A DNA stretch of 676 nucleotides, taken from Escherichia coli (GTDB lineage: Bacteria > Pseudomonadota > Gammaproteobacteria > Enterobacterales > Enterobacteriaceae). Below are positions 1-676 of this stretch, one piece after another (position 1 is the stretch's first letter; each line of letters begins with the position of its first letter). Both the position numbers and the translations under genes were made by a program. The DNA lies in the NCBI RefSeq assembly GCF_003334815.1, contig NZ_QOWO01000123.1; one strand, given 5' to 3'. Under the pieces are notes generated by a model that searched no databases, was not told the origin of the DNA, and saw only the letters and a list, made by a program, of their open reading frames with translations.

Positions 1-23
1 GGTAATGCTGCCAACTTACTGAT
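1..23 (+). repeat. IS1 left terminal inverted repeat (IRL)
   Basis: The sequence ggtaatgctgccaacttactgat matches the recalled canonical IS1 IRL (GGTGATGCTGCCAACTTACTGAT) at 22 of 23 positions (A for G at position 4). The partner IRR is outside the window, so the inverted repeat cannot be confirmed internally. Confidence 0.85.
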
Positions 24-35
24 TTAGTGTATGAT
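9..35 (+). promoter_or_regulatory. Putative insA promoter overlapping IRL (approximate)
   Basis: A -10-like hexamer tatgat at 30..35 and a weak -35-like tgccaa at 9..14 with a ~15 bp spacer. The IS1 insA promoter is known to lie partly within IRL; the exact hexamers here are my reading and are uncertain. Confidence 0.3.
12..24 (-). promoter_or_regulatory. Putative IHF binding site within IRL
   Basis: The reverse complement of 12..24 is aatcagtaagttg, which matches the IHF consensus WATCAANNNNTTR with one mismatch. IHF binding at IS1 ends is established knowledge; this placement is by motif inspection only. Confidence 0.4.
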
Positions 36-44
36 GGTGATTTT

Positions 45-50
45 AAGGTG
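45..50 (+). promoter_or_regulatory. Shine-Dalgarno-like sequence for insA
   Basis: aaggtg sits 5 nt upstream of the GTG start codon at 56. Confidence 0.5.
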
Positions 51-55
51 CTTGC

Positions 56-331
56 GTGGCTTCCATTTCCATCAGATGTCCTTCCTGCTCCGCTACTGAA
101 GGCGTGGTGCGTAACGGCAAAAGCACTGCCGGACATCAGCGCTATCTCTGCTCTCATTGCCGTAAAACATGGCAACTACAGTTCACTTACACCGCCTCTC
201 AGCCCGGTAAGCACCAGAAAATCATTGATATGGCCATGAATGGCGTCGGATGTCGCGCCAGTGCACGCATTATGGGCGTTGGCCTCAACACGGTTTTACG
301 TCACTTAAAAAACTCAGGCCGCAGTCGGTAA
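56..331 (+). CDS. insA: InsA, IS1 transposition inhibitor / DNA-binding protein (91 aa, GTG start)
   Basis: ORF track 56..331 gives [91 protein letters not shown]. It is the same length as canonical IS1 InsA and close to it as recalled, with a CxxC...CxxC N-terminal zinc-finger motif (C8, C11, C32, C35) and a C-terminal helix-turn-helix-like region. The start is GTG (position 56 = gtg), as in canonical IS1. Stop is TAA at 329..331. Confidence 0.93.
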   Translation: MASISIRCPSCSATEGVVRNGKSTAGHQRYLCSHCRKTWQLQFTYTASQPGKHQKIIDMAMNGVGCRASARIMGVGLNTVLRHLKNSGRSR

Positions 332-676
332 CCTCGCGCATACAACCGGGCAGTGATGTGATTGTCTGCGCTGAAATGGACGAACAGTGGGGCTACGTCG
401 GTGCTAAATCACGTCAGCGCTGGCTGTTTTACGCGTATGACAGGATACGGAGGACGGTTGTGGCGCACGTCTTCGGTGAACGCACTCTGGCCACACTGGA
501 GCGTCTTCTGAGCCTGCTGTCGGCCTTTGAGGTCGTGGTATGGATGACGGATGGCTGGCCGCTGTATGAATCACGCCTGAAGGGAAAGCTGCACGTTATC
601 AGCAAGCGTTACACTCAGCGCATTGAGCGACATAATCTGAATCTGAGACAACATCTGGCAAGGCTGGGACGGAAGT
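250..676 (+). CDS. insB: InsB / C-terminal part of the InsAB' transposase (3'-truncated by window edge)
   Basis: Manual translation of frame 1 from ATG at 250: [142 protein letters not shown]..., with no stop before position 676. It closely resembles recalled IS1 InsB (…[46 protein letters not shown]…[49 protein letters not shown]…). It is absent from the ORF track presumably because it runs off the window. The functional product is the InsAB' fusion (56..~312 joined to 310..end) made by -1 frameshifting. Confidence 0.88.
   Translation, partial: MSRQCTHYGRWPQHGFTSLKKLRPQSVTSRIQPGSDVIVCAEMDEQWGYVGAKSRQRWLFYAYDRIRRTVVAHVFGERTLATLERLLSLLSAFEVVVWMTDGWPLYESRLKGKLHVISKRYTQRIERHNLNLRQHLARLGRK
307..313 (+). 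other. Programmed -1 ribosomal frameshift slippery site (A6C) for InsAB' transposase
   Basis: aaaaaac at 307..313 lies in the insA frame as tta-aaa-aac, 16 nt before the insA stop. The -1 frame (window frame 1) is open from 229 to the window end. This matches the established IS1 A6C frameshift mechanism. Confidence 0.85.

Larger units (their letters stand above)
1..676 (+). mobile_element. IS1-family insertion sequence, partial (left end present, right end beyond window)
   Basis: Seen in sequence: a terminal repeat at 1..23 that matches the IS1 left inverted repeat as I recall it, followed by the characteristic IS1 layout: a short insA ORF, an A6C frameshift heptamer, and an overlapping -1 frame ORF (insB) running to the window edge. 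Canonical IS1 is about 768 bp, so roughly 90 bp of the right end is missing. Confidence 0.93.

Noticed and set aside
16-35. Alternative insA promoter reading with -35 ttactg (16..21) and -10 tatgat (30..35)
   Set aside because: The spacer would be only 8 bp, which is incompatible with a sigma70 promoter. The tgccaa/tatgat pairing is kept as a low-confidence call instead.
27-239. 70-aa ORF in frame 3 ([70 protein letters not shown]) from the ORF track
   Set aside because: It lies entirely inside IRL plus insA in an alternative frame. It has no recognisable motifs, no convincing ribosome-binding site, and no counterpart in the known IS1 gene set. Most likely a chance open frame over a well-characterised coding region.
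229-249. Extending insB upstream of the ATG at 250 to the start of the open frame at 229
   Set aside because: There is no start codon between the frame-1 stop at 226..228 and the ATG at 250. Canonical insB also begins at the corresponding ATG, and the biologically relevant product is the frameshift fusion in any case.
1-676. Possibility that the window hides a novel defence or other undescribed system, as the prompt suggests
   Set aside because: Every base is accounted for by a single IS1-family element (IRL, insA, frameshift site, insB). There is no unexplained intergenic space, repeat array or extra ORF on either strand; the ORF track shows no minus-strand ORFs.

Overview
The whole window is the left ~88% of a single IS1-family insertion sequence on the + strand; I see no sign of a novel system here, despite the prompt's suggestion. 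The element starts exactly at base 1 with the IS1 left terminal inverted repeat (ggtaatgctgccaacttactgat), followed by insA (56..331, GTG start, 91 aa). The A6C slippery heptamer (307..313) sits just before the insA stop, and the -1 frame stays open from there to the window edge, encoding InsB / the InsAB' transposase (250..676, 3'-truncated by the window). The right inverted repeat, the insB stop and any target-site duplication lie outside the window. Against the canonical E. coli K-12 IS1 as I recall it from memory (not a computed alignment), this copy is a divergent isoform with scattered nucleotide and amino-acid substitutions but an intact frameshift site and intact reading frames. Caveats: isoform assignment, promoter placement and the IHF site are inference.
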